Below are positions 44,773 through 52,405 of a stretch of 52,405 nucleotides of DNA, piece after piece. The first letter of the stretch is position 1. Every line of letters begins with the position of its first letter. A program made the position numbers and the translations under genes. A model generated the notes under the pieces. That model made no database searches and had not been told where the DNA came from. It was given only the letters and a program-made list of their open reading frames with translations. Origin of the DNA: Candidatus Woesearchaeota archaeon CG10_big_fil_rev_8_21_14_0_10_33_12 (lineage in GTDB: Archaea; Nanobdellota; Nanobdellia; Woesearchaeales; CG1-02-33-12); NCBI GenBank assembly GCA_002762865.1, contig PCYE01000017.1, positions 1 to 52,405 on the forward strand, read 5' to 3'.

Positions 44773-45425
44773 AAATCATGTTCCTTTTCATATTCTTTAA
44801 AATATCTTTCTCTTAGCTGATTTATTTCCTTCATAATAGGAATATTAACTCCTTTTTCTTCAAGAATATCAAGCCGTTCTCCAACCCATGTAATCCATAC
44901 ATCCTGTCTGCTTTTTTTGATTTGATTTTTTAATTCATTAAGAATAATTTCCCATTTTATTCCTCTCTTTGCGAGACTAATGCAGTCTTCTAAGTCACCT
45001 TCTCTTTCAGTCATTGTTTTGAATAGGAAAATATCCTCATTGGAGCAAAAATTTAGTTTAATTTTTTCAAGATCAATAAAGGTAATTGCTCTTTCCATCA
45101 TCCCATTTGAAATAGAAAATCTTCCGCAAATTTCTTTCTGGAACAGATCAATCCTAAAGTCATCCCTTATGAATATCTGGTTTAAGTTCATATTCTTATA
45201 TTCAATATTGGGAATTTTTACTGTGAAGTTTATAGAATTTAATGCGTTTTTTAAAATCATAAATTCTTCTTTTGTTTCTATAACTAAATCTATATCTTTT
45301 GTTGCTGGTTTTAATCCCTGCTGTAGCAACACTGCTCCACCTATCACAAAGATTTTTACTTTCTTTCTTAATGAAGCATCTATCTCTTTAAACAATTTCT
45401 CTATCTGCTTAAATTCTGATATCAT
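44769..45425 (-). CDS. AbiEii/DUF6036-like nucleotidyltransferase (putative toxin)
   Basis: NTase signature VIGGAVLLQQGLKPATKDIDLVI (GG-x-A...T-x-DIDL). Its start overlaps the stop of the upstream wHTH gene by 17 nt. Confidence 0.55.
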   Translation of the reverse strand: MISEFKQIEKLFKEIDASLRKKVKIFVIGGAVLLQQGLKPATKDIDLVIETKEEFMILKNALNSINFTVKIPNIEYKNMNLNQIFIRDDFRIDLFQKEICGRFSISNGMMERAITFIDLEKIKLNFCSNEDIFLFKTMTEREGDLEDCISLAKRGIKWEIILNELKNQIKKSRQDVWITWVGERLDILEEKGVNIPIMKEINQLRERYFKEYEKEHDF

Positions 45426-46272
45426 ACATATCTGCCCTTTCTTTTATTTCCTGAAGTGTTGGATAATTTGAAAATTTATTGCCTTTCAAAATTAAGTTTA
45501 GTCTATCAATTATAGGATGTTTTACTAATAGCTCTTTTTTGAATTTAAGGTAAAACAATGAAATAAATATTAAGTATCTTACTGTTTTTTCTTTTTCAGC
45601 TATATCTAATGAATGCATAAAAATAATCTTTTTTGATAATTTTCTTTTAGGGAGGGTGTAATAGTTTGTTGTAAGGAACAATTTTATCCCAAAATTTTCA
45701 AAACAGGAGAATGCAGTTAGAGTTGCATTTATCTTGCTTTTATTTGCAAAAACTAATTCTTTGTCTGTTTTTTTGTATATTATTGAATTTGCAGGAATTT
45801 TTTTATCAATGGTTTCTAAAAACTTGTTGTATTCTTCAAGAAATTCTTTTAGTTTATCCCATACTTTTATATTTAAAACATAATTTTTCTTTTCTTTTCT
45901 TACTATGCTCATATTGTAGAATTGCTTCATCTTTTGATAAATAACGCTCTTTTTAAGATTTATTTCTTTTGCGATTTGCTTAATGTTTTTTGGACTTAAT
46001 ATTGCAACAAGTATCTTAATTCCATTTCCTGATAACACTTTTATAAGGTTAGGATGTTGTGATAATAAATTTAATAAAAAAGCATTATGTGTTGTTTTTT
46101 TTGCTGTTATTATCCCTCTTGATACTTCTATAAACCCCTTTTCTATAAGATTTTTGCTTGTTCTGTATATTTGCTTATCACTTTTTTTTATAGCATGGGC
46201 TATTTCAGTAATTTTTGTATTTCCGCTTGCAATCTGCTCAAGCACCCTTAATTCAGGTTTTGATAAGTTCAT
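45409..46272 (-). CDS. double-wHTH regulator with C-terminal domain (AbiEi-like putative antitoxin)
   Basis: Two wHTH units (PELRVLEQIASGNTKITEIAHAIKKSDKQIYRTSKNLIEKGFIE and GIKILVAILSPKNIKQIAKEINLKKSVIYQKMKQFYNMSIV) plus a C-terminal domain of about 150 aa. Confidence 0.5.
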   Translation of the reverse strand: MNLSKPELRVLEQIASGNTKITEIAHAIKKSDKQIYRTSKNLIEKGFIEVSRGIITAKKTTHNAFLLNLLSQHPNLIKVLSGNGIKILVAILSPKNIKQIAKEINLKKSVIYQKMKQFYNMSIVRKEKKNYVLNIKVWDKLKEFLEEYNKFLETIDKKIPANSIIYKKTDKELVFANKSKINATLTAFSCFENFGIKLFLTTNYYTLPKRKLSKKIIFMHSLDIAEKEKTVRYLIFISLFYLKFKKELLVKHPIIDRLNLILKGNKFSNYPTLQEIKERADMYDIRI

Positions 46273-46430
46273 ATTTCCACAAAAACATTACTTATTTATA
46301 TACTTTTCGTATTTATATGGAATTATTTACTTAATCAGCTATTTTTCAGTTAAACTTATACACTCCTTTTATTACCGAAAGATTTAAATAGTAAAGCTTA
46401 CTTTACGTTAAGCATACTTTACATTTGAAG

Positions 46431-46628
46431 ATGGAACTCAGGAAAAATAAATTGCAGGATTGCAGGAAAAAAGCTTATTTGAGCCAGGAAAAGCTTGCTG
46501 AAAAGGCAGGAGTCACAAGGCAGACAATAATTTCAATAGAAAGCAGCAGGTATGTGCCGTCTTTACAGCTGGCATTAAAGCTTGCAAAAATCTTCAAATG
46601 CAGAGTAGAGGACTTATTCAGCCTGTGA
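46431..46628 (+). CDS. XRE-family HTH transcriptional regulator (65 aa)
   Basis: LSQEKLAEKAGVTRQTIISIESSRYVPSLQLALKLAKIF is a canonical Cro/C1-type HTH. ATG 46431 is preferred over the track's TTG at 46425. Confidence 0.85.
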   Translation: MELRKNKLQDCRKKAYLSQEKLAEKAGVTRQTIISIESSRYVPSLQLALKLAKIFKCRVEDLFSL

Positions 46629-46637
46629 GGTGTTAAA

Positions 46638-47036
46638 ATGGAAAAATCAAAAGGAACAATATTAAGGTATGGAATGTCAGTCTTATTTTTAGCTCTCGGA
46701 GTATTGTTTAATTCATTTAATGTAGGAAGCAGGAATTTTCTTAGCTTTGGCAGTGTTGGAAACTGGCTGATTTACATTGGATTTGTTTCTCTGATGATTG
46801 TAACAATAAGAACTTTAAGTAAAAAAGAAAGGAAAGCTGACGAAAGAAACTATTTTATTGCTGCAAAAGCAAACCGAATTACATTTATCATGATAATCTT
46901 GGCTGCATTTATCATCATGGTCTGTGACGGGATAAAAACAATAACTCTTTCATACCATATGTTCATGAGTTTTTTTGTATGCGGGATTATACTGGCTTAT
47001 TTTGTCTCATACAAAATACTGGAGAAATACCATTAG
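46638..47036 (+). CDS. four-TM membrane protein partnered with the XRE regulator (DUF2178-like arrangement)
   Basis: GAGGTG SD. Starts 9 nt after the XRE stop. Four hydrophobic helices. Confidence 0.55.
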   Translation: MEKSKGTILRYGMSVLFLALGVLFNSFNVGSRNFLSFGSVGNWLIYIGFVSLMIVTIRTLSKKERKADERNYFIAAKANRITFIMIILAAFIIMVCDGIKTITLSYHMFMSFFVCGIILAYFVSYKILEKYH

Positions 47037-47081
47037 GGTTATAGTTAAATTTATATAATATCTTATTCAGTAGAAAATAAA

Positions 47082-47525
47082 ATGAAGAGAATAATGCCTC
47101 CAACCTATTTTATGTTTTTGCTTGCTTTGTCTGTTTTGCTTCATTTCTTTTTTCCTTTAGTTAGATTTTCTTATTTTCCTTACAATTATATAGGTATTTT
47201 GCTGATAATCTTTGGAATTTTTCTTAACCTTAAGGCAGACTCAATGTTCACAAAAAGCAGGACAACTGTTAAGCCATATTTAATACCAAGCTCTTTTCAT
47301 GTTTCAGGCCCATTCAAAATAAGCAGGCATCCAATGTACTTGGGAATGTTCTTGATTTTGTTTGGAGCCGCATTAATCATGGGCTTTTTGACTGCTTTTG
47401 TACTTTCTTTTGTTTTTGTTGCATTAATGGAAATTCTTTTTATCCCACAAGAAGAGAAAAACATGGAAAAGGCCTTTGGAAAGAAATATTTGGAATACAA
47501 AAAAAGAGTGAGATGCTGGATATAA
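47082..47525 (+). CDS. ICMT/PEMT-family membrane methyltransferase
   Basis: GPFKISRHPMYLGMFLILFGAALIMG, followed by the C-terminal EEKNMEKAFGKKYLEYKKRV, is typical of the isoprenylcysteine carboxyl / phospholipid methyltransferase family. Confidence 0.7.
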   Translation: MKRIMPPTYFMFLLALSVLLHFFFPLVRFSYFPYNYIGILLIIFGIFLNLKADSMFTKSRTTVKPYLIPSSFHVSGPFKISRHPMYLGMFLILFGAALIMGFLTAFVLSFVFVALMEILFIPQEEKNMEKAFGKKYLEYKKRVRCWI

Positions 47526-47667
47526 TCCTGATAAGAAGGTTAGAAATTTCATATAACATATGCTGTTTATGAAGTTTGCTGAGTGAGTGTAGCGTTTGAG
47601 TTTAAGCGTAAAATATAAATACTTATTAAAAATACAGCATATTGATATAAAAAACGCAGAAGTCAAA

Positions 47668-49026
47668 ATGAACGAGATAGAAAAATATAATAAAATAATT
47701 AGTGAAAACAATCACCAAAATCAAAATAAAAAAACACAAAATCCAAAAAAATTTCTTTTTGTGACTATTGATAACCTTATAGCAAATATTGCTTGGCGTA
47801 TTAAAATAGAGGGTCATCAGGTCAAGTATTATGTAAAGAATCCTGATGACAAGGAAGTTGGGATGGGTTTTGTTGATATGATAGAAGACTGGAAAAAAGA
47901 GGTAGACTGGGCCGATATTATTGTTTTTGATGATGTGTTAGGTCAAGGAGCAAAAGCAAAGGAACTGAGAGATAAAGGAAAGTTAGTTGTAGGCGGAACT
48001 CCTTATACTGACAGGCTTGAGGATGATAGAAATTTTGGGCAAGAGGAATTAAAAAAACTGGGTATAAACATACTTCCTTCAAGGATATTCACAAGTTTTG
48101 AAGAAGCAATTCAATTTGTTAAAGAAAATCCTGATAGGTATGTGCTAAAACCTTGCGGTGAGGCCGCCAATATCAAAGGACTCCTTTTTATAGGGGAGGA
48201 AAAGGATGGCAGGGATGTTATACAAGTACTTGGAGATTATCACAAGGCTTGGTCAAAGAAGATTCCTTCATTTCAATTGCAAAAATGGATATTTGGTGTA
48301 GAAATTGCTGTTGGAGCTTTCTTTAACGGAAAATCGTTTATATATCCAATTAATGTAAATTTTGAACATAAGAAGCTTTTTCCAGGGGACTTAGGACCTT
48401 CAACAGGAGAAATGGGAACATCAATGTTCTGGTCTTGTCCGAATAAGTTGTTTAATATGACTTTGAAAAAAATGGAACCTAAACTTGCAGAAGAAGGGTA
48501 TATTGGTTATATTGATTTAAATTGTATTGTCAATAGTAGGGGCATTTATCCTCTTGAATTTACAAGCAGATTTGGATATCCTTGCATATTTATACAAGAG
48601 GAGGGTATGTTAAGTCCCATAGGTGATTTTTTGTACGGGCTTGCTCAAGGGAATTCACCTAATTTAAAAGTAAAATCAGGATTCCAAATAGGCATTAGAA
48701 TTGTTGTGCCTCCCTTCCCATTTACAGATAAAGAAACTTTTGAAGTAAAATCCAAAGACTCTATAATATACTTTAAAAAACCTACTGAGGGAGTGCATAT
48801 TGAAGATGTTAAATTAGTAAATGATGAGTGGGTGGTTACTGGAACTTCAGGAGTCGTATTAGTTGTATGCGGATGCGGACAAACTATGCAGCAAGCAAGA
48901 CATCAGGCTTACCAAAGGATTAAGAATATATCTATTCCCCATATGTATTATAGAGATGATATCGGAGAAAGCTGGTCTGAAGATAGTGATAAATTACATA
49001 CATGGGGATATTTAATAGAACAATAA
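47668..49026 (+). CDS. divergent PurD-like ATP-grasp protein (phosphoribosylamine-glycine ligase family)
   Basis: YVLKPCGEAANIKG, PGDLGPSTGEMGT (compare PurD D-x-GPNTGGMG) and LEFTSRFGYPC (compare EFN-x-RFGDPE). ATG 47668 is preferred over the track's TTG at 47596. Confidence 0.6.
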   Translation: MNEIEKYNKIISENNHQNQNKKTQNPKKFLFVTIDNLIANIAWRIKIEGHQVKYYVKNPDDKEVGMGFVDMIEDWKKEVDWADIIVFDDVLGQGAKAKELRDKGKLVVGGTPYTDRLEDDRNFGQEELKKLGINILPSRIFTSFEEAIQFVKENPDRYVLKPCGEAANIKGLLFIGEEKDGRDVIQVLGDYHKAWSKKIPSFQLQKWIFGVEIAVGAFFNGKSFIYPINVNFEHKKLFPGDLGPSTGEMGTSMFWSCPNKLFNMTLKKMEPKLAEEGYIGYIDLNCIVNSRGIYPLEFTSRFGYPCIFIQEEGMLSPIGDFLYGLAQGNSPNLKVKSGFQIGIRIVVPPFPFTDKETFEVKSKDSIIYFKKPTEGVHIEDVKLVNDEWVVTGTSGVVLVVCGCGQTMQQARHQAYQRIKNISIPHMYYRDDIGESWSEDSDKLHTWGYLIEQ

Positions 49027-49106
49027 ATAATAAAGTAATCCTAATCCCTGGTTTCTATCAAATTTTATGAGAGGATTTGCAATCTATGCCAAAGATTCTA
49101 AAAGCT

Positions 49107-50058
49107 TTAGTTATTCATATTTCTAACTAATTTCCTTAGAAGAATATTAATAACCCATGGATGCAGCCTAAGGGATTCTGGCTTAAACTGGATAAGCATA
49201 TATTTGCCTTCTTTAATGTTTTTTCTTATATAATCATTTAGGTTATTTTCATCAAAGTTTTCTTTGCTTATCAGGTTTGCATAAGTATTAAAATAAATGC
49301 CAATTATATGCGCATCAGGATTTGAAACAAGCGGAATATTGTATTTTTCTGACCATTTCTCTGCTTTTTTATTGTAAAAATAGCAGGCAGGAAACAGGTA
49401 TTGAGCCATTAATCTCTATGCCATCAAGAATATCTGCATATTTTTTTATATTTTCTTCCCCCATACCCCCCAGTATAAGAACTGCTGGATGTGGAGCCAT
49501 AATCAGGGCACCCTGCTCCTTAAGCTCATTAATAATATTTTCTAATGGCTGGTAGCTGTCTGGCTTATTAGCATAACCAATTCCCAAAACTTCAACACCC
49601 TCCTGCGCCATTATTTCTGATGCTTTTAATAAATAAACAATATCTTTTTTATTGTCATTATCATTATCAAATGAGTCAATAATCTTTAATGTATAATTAT
49701 TAACTTTTTCTAAATCAAAATTAAAACCTGATTCTTTATCAGCACAGGACTCAAGAATATTAAAAAAATTATTGTTATTGTGGTCACTAACAGCAATAAT
49801 AGAATAATCCTCTTTAAAGGAATCATTAATCAACTCATCAATAGTTTTTATCCCATCAGAATAAACAGTATGCATATGAAAAGAAGAGATATTATATTTT
49901 TGAGTAATCTCAGCCTTGTTTTTAATAAATTCCTCCTGTTTTTCTTTATTATAAACATCACTTCTAGCTACAAACCCTGTGTAGATTATTCCTGCAATTA
50001 TTGTTCCTGCAACAACATTCCTGATATACCTTATTATCTTGTTTTTCATAGAAACCAA
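49107..50058 (-). pseudogene. membrane-anchored PHP-domain phosphoesterase split by a 1-nt frameshift
   Basis: ORF 49369..50058 carries the N-terminal PHP motifs (FHMHTVYSDG, AVSDHNN, GIEING). ORF 49107..49409, in the adjacent frame, carries the C-terminal part (NKKAEKWSEKYNIPLVSNPDAH). The frames overlap over 49369-49409. Confidence 0.65.
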
Positions 50059-50078
50059 TGATTTGATTTTATACTAGT

Positions 50079-50843
50079 TTAGCGGTTACCTCTCCATATA
50101 CCTGGTTTAGTTATAAGATGCTTTTTATTATGTTCCATTAACTCATAGGGCTTTTTTTTTGTGTGAACCTCTCCATTAACTGAATACCATATCCCCCCAT
50201 CTTCTTCATCTTCCCATTCCCTTGGTTGGGCTATCCATCTGTCAGATGTTGCTATGTCATAACCTTTTTCAATAGCATCCTTTGCAGTTTCACGAACACA
50301 TCCCATTGCATTTATTCCCATAAGATAAAGCTTTTTTATATTTTTATCCTGTAATTTAAGGTTTAAGTTTGTTTGATCAAATGCACTGTCTTTAGGTTTT
50401 TCAATTAAATCTTTATTCTGAAGCTTATCAACAATCCAGGATATTTCTTCACTAATATCCCCACAATCCTTAAATTTGACAACAATAGTGTATATGCCCT
50501 CCTGAATAGAGTATTCTAACATTTCTCTTTGGTATCTAATTATTCTTTTCTTATCCTTGTTATGTATATCCTCCAGAAACTCTTCTTGCATGTCTATCAA
50601 GAGAAAAGCAATATCCTTTTCAGCACTTATTCTTTCATGCAGCTTACTGTAATCCCTAACATTTAGGATTGACTCATCAATGTAAAAATTACCCCTGTAT
50701 TTTACCTTATATCTCTCAGGGCATTTAAACCTTAAGACTTCTTTATTATTAGTTAGATGATTATTAGCAATATTCTTTTTGATTTTATTTGATAGCTTAC
50801 CCAGAATATTTTTAATGCCCCTATTTATATGAGTTGAAGTCAT
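50079..50843 (-). CDS. isochorismatase-family cysteine hydrolase with an N-terminal extension of about 75 aa
   Basis: Candidate D-K-C triad context: FLLIDMQEEF, EKPKDSAF, LYLMGINAMGCVRETAKDA. Confidence 0.65.
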   Translation of the reverse strand: MTSTHINRGIKNILGKLSNKIKKNIANNHLTNNKEVLRFKCPERYKVKYRGNFYIDESILNVRDYSKLHERISAEKDIAFLLIDMQEEFLEDIHNKDKKRIIRYQREMLEYSIQEGIYTIVVKFKDCGDISEEISWIVDKLQNKDLIEKPKDSAFDQTNLNLKLQDKNIKKLYLMGINAMGCVRETAKDAIEKGYDIATSDRWIAQPREWEDEEDGGIWYSVNGEVHTKKKPYELMEHNKKHLITKPGIWRGNR

Positions 50844-51005
50844 TTTTATCTTAAAATATAATACAGGGTATTTAAATCTTACTATTTAATCTACTTAAAA
50901 GTAGTAAAGATAGTATAATCCAAATATAAATTTTAATTTTAGATGATTCGGCCAAGACCTAAGCAAACAAAAGCCTTTAAATACTAATATTTCTTTTTCT
51001 TTTTT

Positions 51006-51605
51006 ATGGAAGAGCAAATTCTCATAGATAAGGAAACACTTAAGGCAATTGCCGTAGATACAAGGCTTAACATACTTAAGCTTCTTTCAAAAAAGAAATA
51101 CACTCTTTCAGATATTTCTGAAATCCTTGGTTTTGGAAACTCAACAGTAAAAGAGCATCTTGATATTTTGTCAAAAGCCGGATTAATAAAAAAAGAGGAT
51201 ACAGAAAGGAAATGGAAGTATTATTCCCTTACATTTAAGGGAAAAATGCTGATAGAGCCAAGGGAGATAAAAGTTCTTTTTGCATTTATAACAACCTTGA
51301 TTGCAGCTATTGGAATAGCTTTTGTCTTTGCAAAAAATTTCCTAGTGAAAGAAGCACAGACTTTTGCTGCAGAAGCACCAAGGGCATTAGTGCCAAATCT
51401 TATGGAAGCAGCAAAGGATGTAAACGGAGAAATTGTTCAGGCTGTAGAAGAGACAGTAATCACAGGAACCCAGATATCTTCTTATAATCTGTCAATAATA
51501 ATGTTTGTAGTGCTTTTGGTTTTAATTGCACTGAGCGCATTCTTTTTTGGAATGCTTCTGAAGAAACCGCAATTAATAATAACAAAAGGAGGTAATAAAA
51601 AATGA
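51006..51605 (+). CDS. ArsR-family wHTH regulator fused to two C-terminal TM helices
   Basis: LKAIAVDTRLNILKLLSKKKYTLSDISEILGFGNSTVKEHLDILSKAGLIKK (ArsR HTH). TM helices VLFAFITTLIAAIGIAFVFA and LSIIMFVVLLVLIALSAFFFGML. Confidence 0.75.
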   Translation: MEEQILIDKETLKAIAVDTRLNILKLLSKKKYTLSDISEILGFGNSTVKEHLDILSKAGLIKKEDTERKWKYYSLTFKGKMLIEPREIKVLFAFITTLIAAIGIAFVFAKNFLVKEAQTFAAEAPRALVPNLMEAAKDVNGEIVQAVEETVITGTQISSYNLSIIMFVVLLVLIALSAFFFGMLLKKPQLIITKGGNKK

Positions 51606-52222
51606 GAAAAGAAATAATCTTAATATCAATAATAACACTGCTTTTCATAGCAGGATGCACAGCAGAAAAACCAATTGGCGGAGATAAAGATGAGCATGGG
51701 TGCCTTATTGCCGCAGGATATAGCTGGTGTGAGTCAAAGCAGAAATGCTTAAGAACATGGGAAGAAGGATGTCCATCTGAGCAAGAATTTGCCTGCGAAA
51801 CTGATGATGACTGCATTCCATTGCCATCTGACTGCCATCCAATGCTCTGCATAAACAAAGTGTATGAACTAGCATATGAAAGACCAGAAGTATGCACTGA
51901 GCTTTTTGCATTGGAAGCAGCATACAATCCGGAAGATTGCGGCTGTGTTGAAAGCAAATGTGTTAACAAAAACCTCGGCAGAGGCTTTGAAGAAGAGGGA
52001 ATGACTTTTGAAGAGGCAAAAATAATAGCAGAAGAAAGCGAGTGCACTGAAAAAGGGACTTTAACAGATAGTTCTTTTTACAACAATTACACAAGAACAT
52101 GGTGGATTGACCTTGATATGAAAGAAGAGTTTAAGCTTGATTACTGCAACCCTGCATGTGTTGTAAGTGAGGAAACAAAAACAGCAGAAATAAACTGGAG
52201 ATGCACTGGAGCTAAAATATAA
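51602..52222 (+). CDS. Cys-rich secreted lipoprotein (206 aa)
   Basis: 4-nt ATGA overlap with the ArsR gene. Lipobox LFIAGC. About 20 Cys residues arranged in clusters (DEHGCLIAAGYSWCESKQKC, ACETDDDCIPLPSDCHPMLC, CGCVESKC). Confidence 0.65.
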   Translation: MRKEIILISIITLLFIAGCTAEKPIGGDKDEHGCLIAAGYSWCESKQKCLRTWEEGCPSEQEFACETDDDCIPLPSDCHPMLCINKVYELAYERPEVCTELFALEAAYNPEDCGCVESKCVNKNLGRGFEEEGMTFEEAKIIAEESECTEKGTLTDSSFYNNYTRTWWIDLDMKEEFKLDYCNPACVVSEETKTAEINWRCTGAKI

Positions 52223-52228
52223 AAAAAG

Positions 52229-52405
52229 TTAACAACTTAAAGAAGAATCAACTGCTCTAACAACATCATCAATGTTGTATGGCTTATTAATTTGTTTAAA
52301 TCCTGCTTTTTGAACTGATTCTCTTATTTTTCCTTCAATTTCTTCATCAGCTAATACAATCACAGGTGCCTGAGCAAGCTTTAGACAGCCAATACCCTCA
52401 TCTTT
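52229..52405 (-). CDS. C-terminal part of a CheY-like receiver domain protein (5' end outside the window)
   Basis: The minus-strand frame is open to the window edge: ...KDEGIGCLKLAQAPVIVLADEEIEGKIRESVQKAGFKQINKPYNIDDVVRAVDSSLSC*. The PVIVL...KP(Y/F) pattern is typical of receiver alpha4-beta5. Confidence 0.6.
   Translation of the reverse strand, partial: KDEGIGCLKLAQAPVIVLADEEIEGKIRESVQKAGFKQINKPYNIDDVVRAVDSSLSC

Noticed and set aside
44980-46387. Plus-strand ORFs 44980..45471, 45711..45944 and 45983..46387
   Set aside because: They are antisense to the NTase and wHTH genes and have low-complexity Phe/Ile/Leu-rich products.
51460-52047. 195-aa minus-strand ORF overlapping the ArsR and lipoprotein genes
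   Set aside because: It is antisense to two plus-strand genes that have clear motifs (ArsR HTH, lipobox). The product is low-complexity and Ser-rich, with no start context.

Overview
AT-rich, very compact archaeal chromosome segment. The archaeal assignment rests on RFC small subunit, Pelota, archaeal-type PheRS alpha/beta and TyrRS, a TrmB regulator, an archaeal-type initiator tRNA, TATA boxes 25-30 nt upstream of start codons, and GGAGG ribosome-binding sites inside operons. Gene content and style suggest a DPANN-like, host- or surface-associated archaeon, but this is inference only. The window reads as follows. (1) A 5'-truncated IS4/IS5-type transposase at the left edge. (2) A cell-surface island at about 0.9-14.8 kb: small N-terminally anchored proteins, a 960-aa and a 1399-aa N-glycosylation-sequon-rich adhesin, a free-standing paralog of the adhesin's cytoplasmic tail, and a MoxR / DUF58 / vWA triad. 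(3) RNase HII and TrmB. (4) A membrane protein plus KaiC-like ATPase pair, followed by an unusual V4R - FIST - LuxE-like - LuxC-like gene string. (5) An orphan cluster of paralogous small proteins with a decayed third copy. (6) A bacterial-style pta-ackA pair. (7) Pelota. (8) A five-gene envelope module: a polytopic membrane protein fused to a lytic-transglycosylase domain, plus three paralogous lipoproteins. (9) Housekeeping genes: RFC, PRC-barrel protein, TyrRS, CPA2 antiporter, initiator tRNA-Met, PheRS alpha/beta and ZupT. A five-copy GTGGTAATTAA direct-repeat array lies over the pheS promoter. (10) An accessory tail: an AbiE-like wHTH/nucleotidyltransferase pair, an XRE plus membrane protein pair, an ICMT-like methyltransferase, a PurD-like ATP-grasp protein, a frameshifted PHP gene, an isochorismatase-like hydrolase, a membrane-bound ArsR plus Cys-rich lipoprotein, and a partial receiver domain. 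No CRISPR array, rRNA or cas genes were seen. All functional calls come from motif recognition by eye and none was confirmed by a database search.
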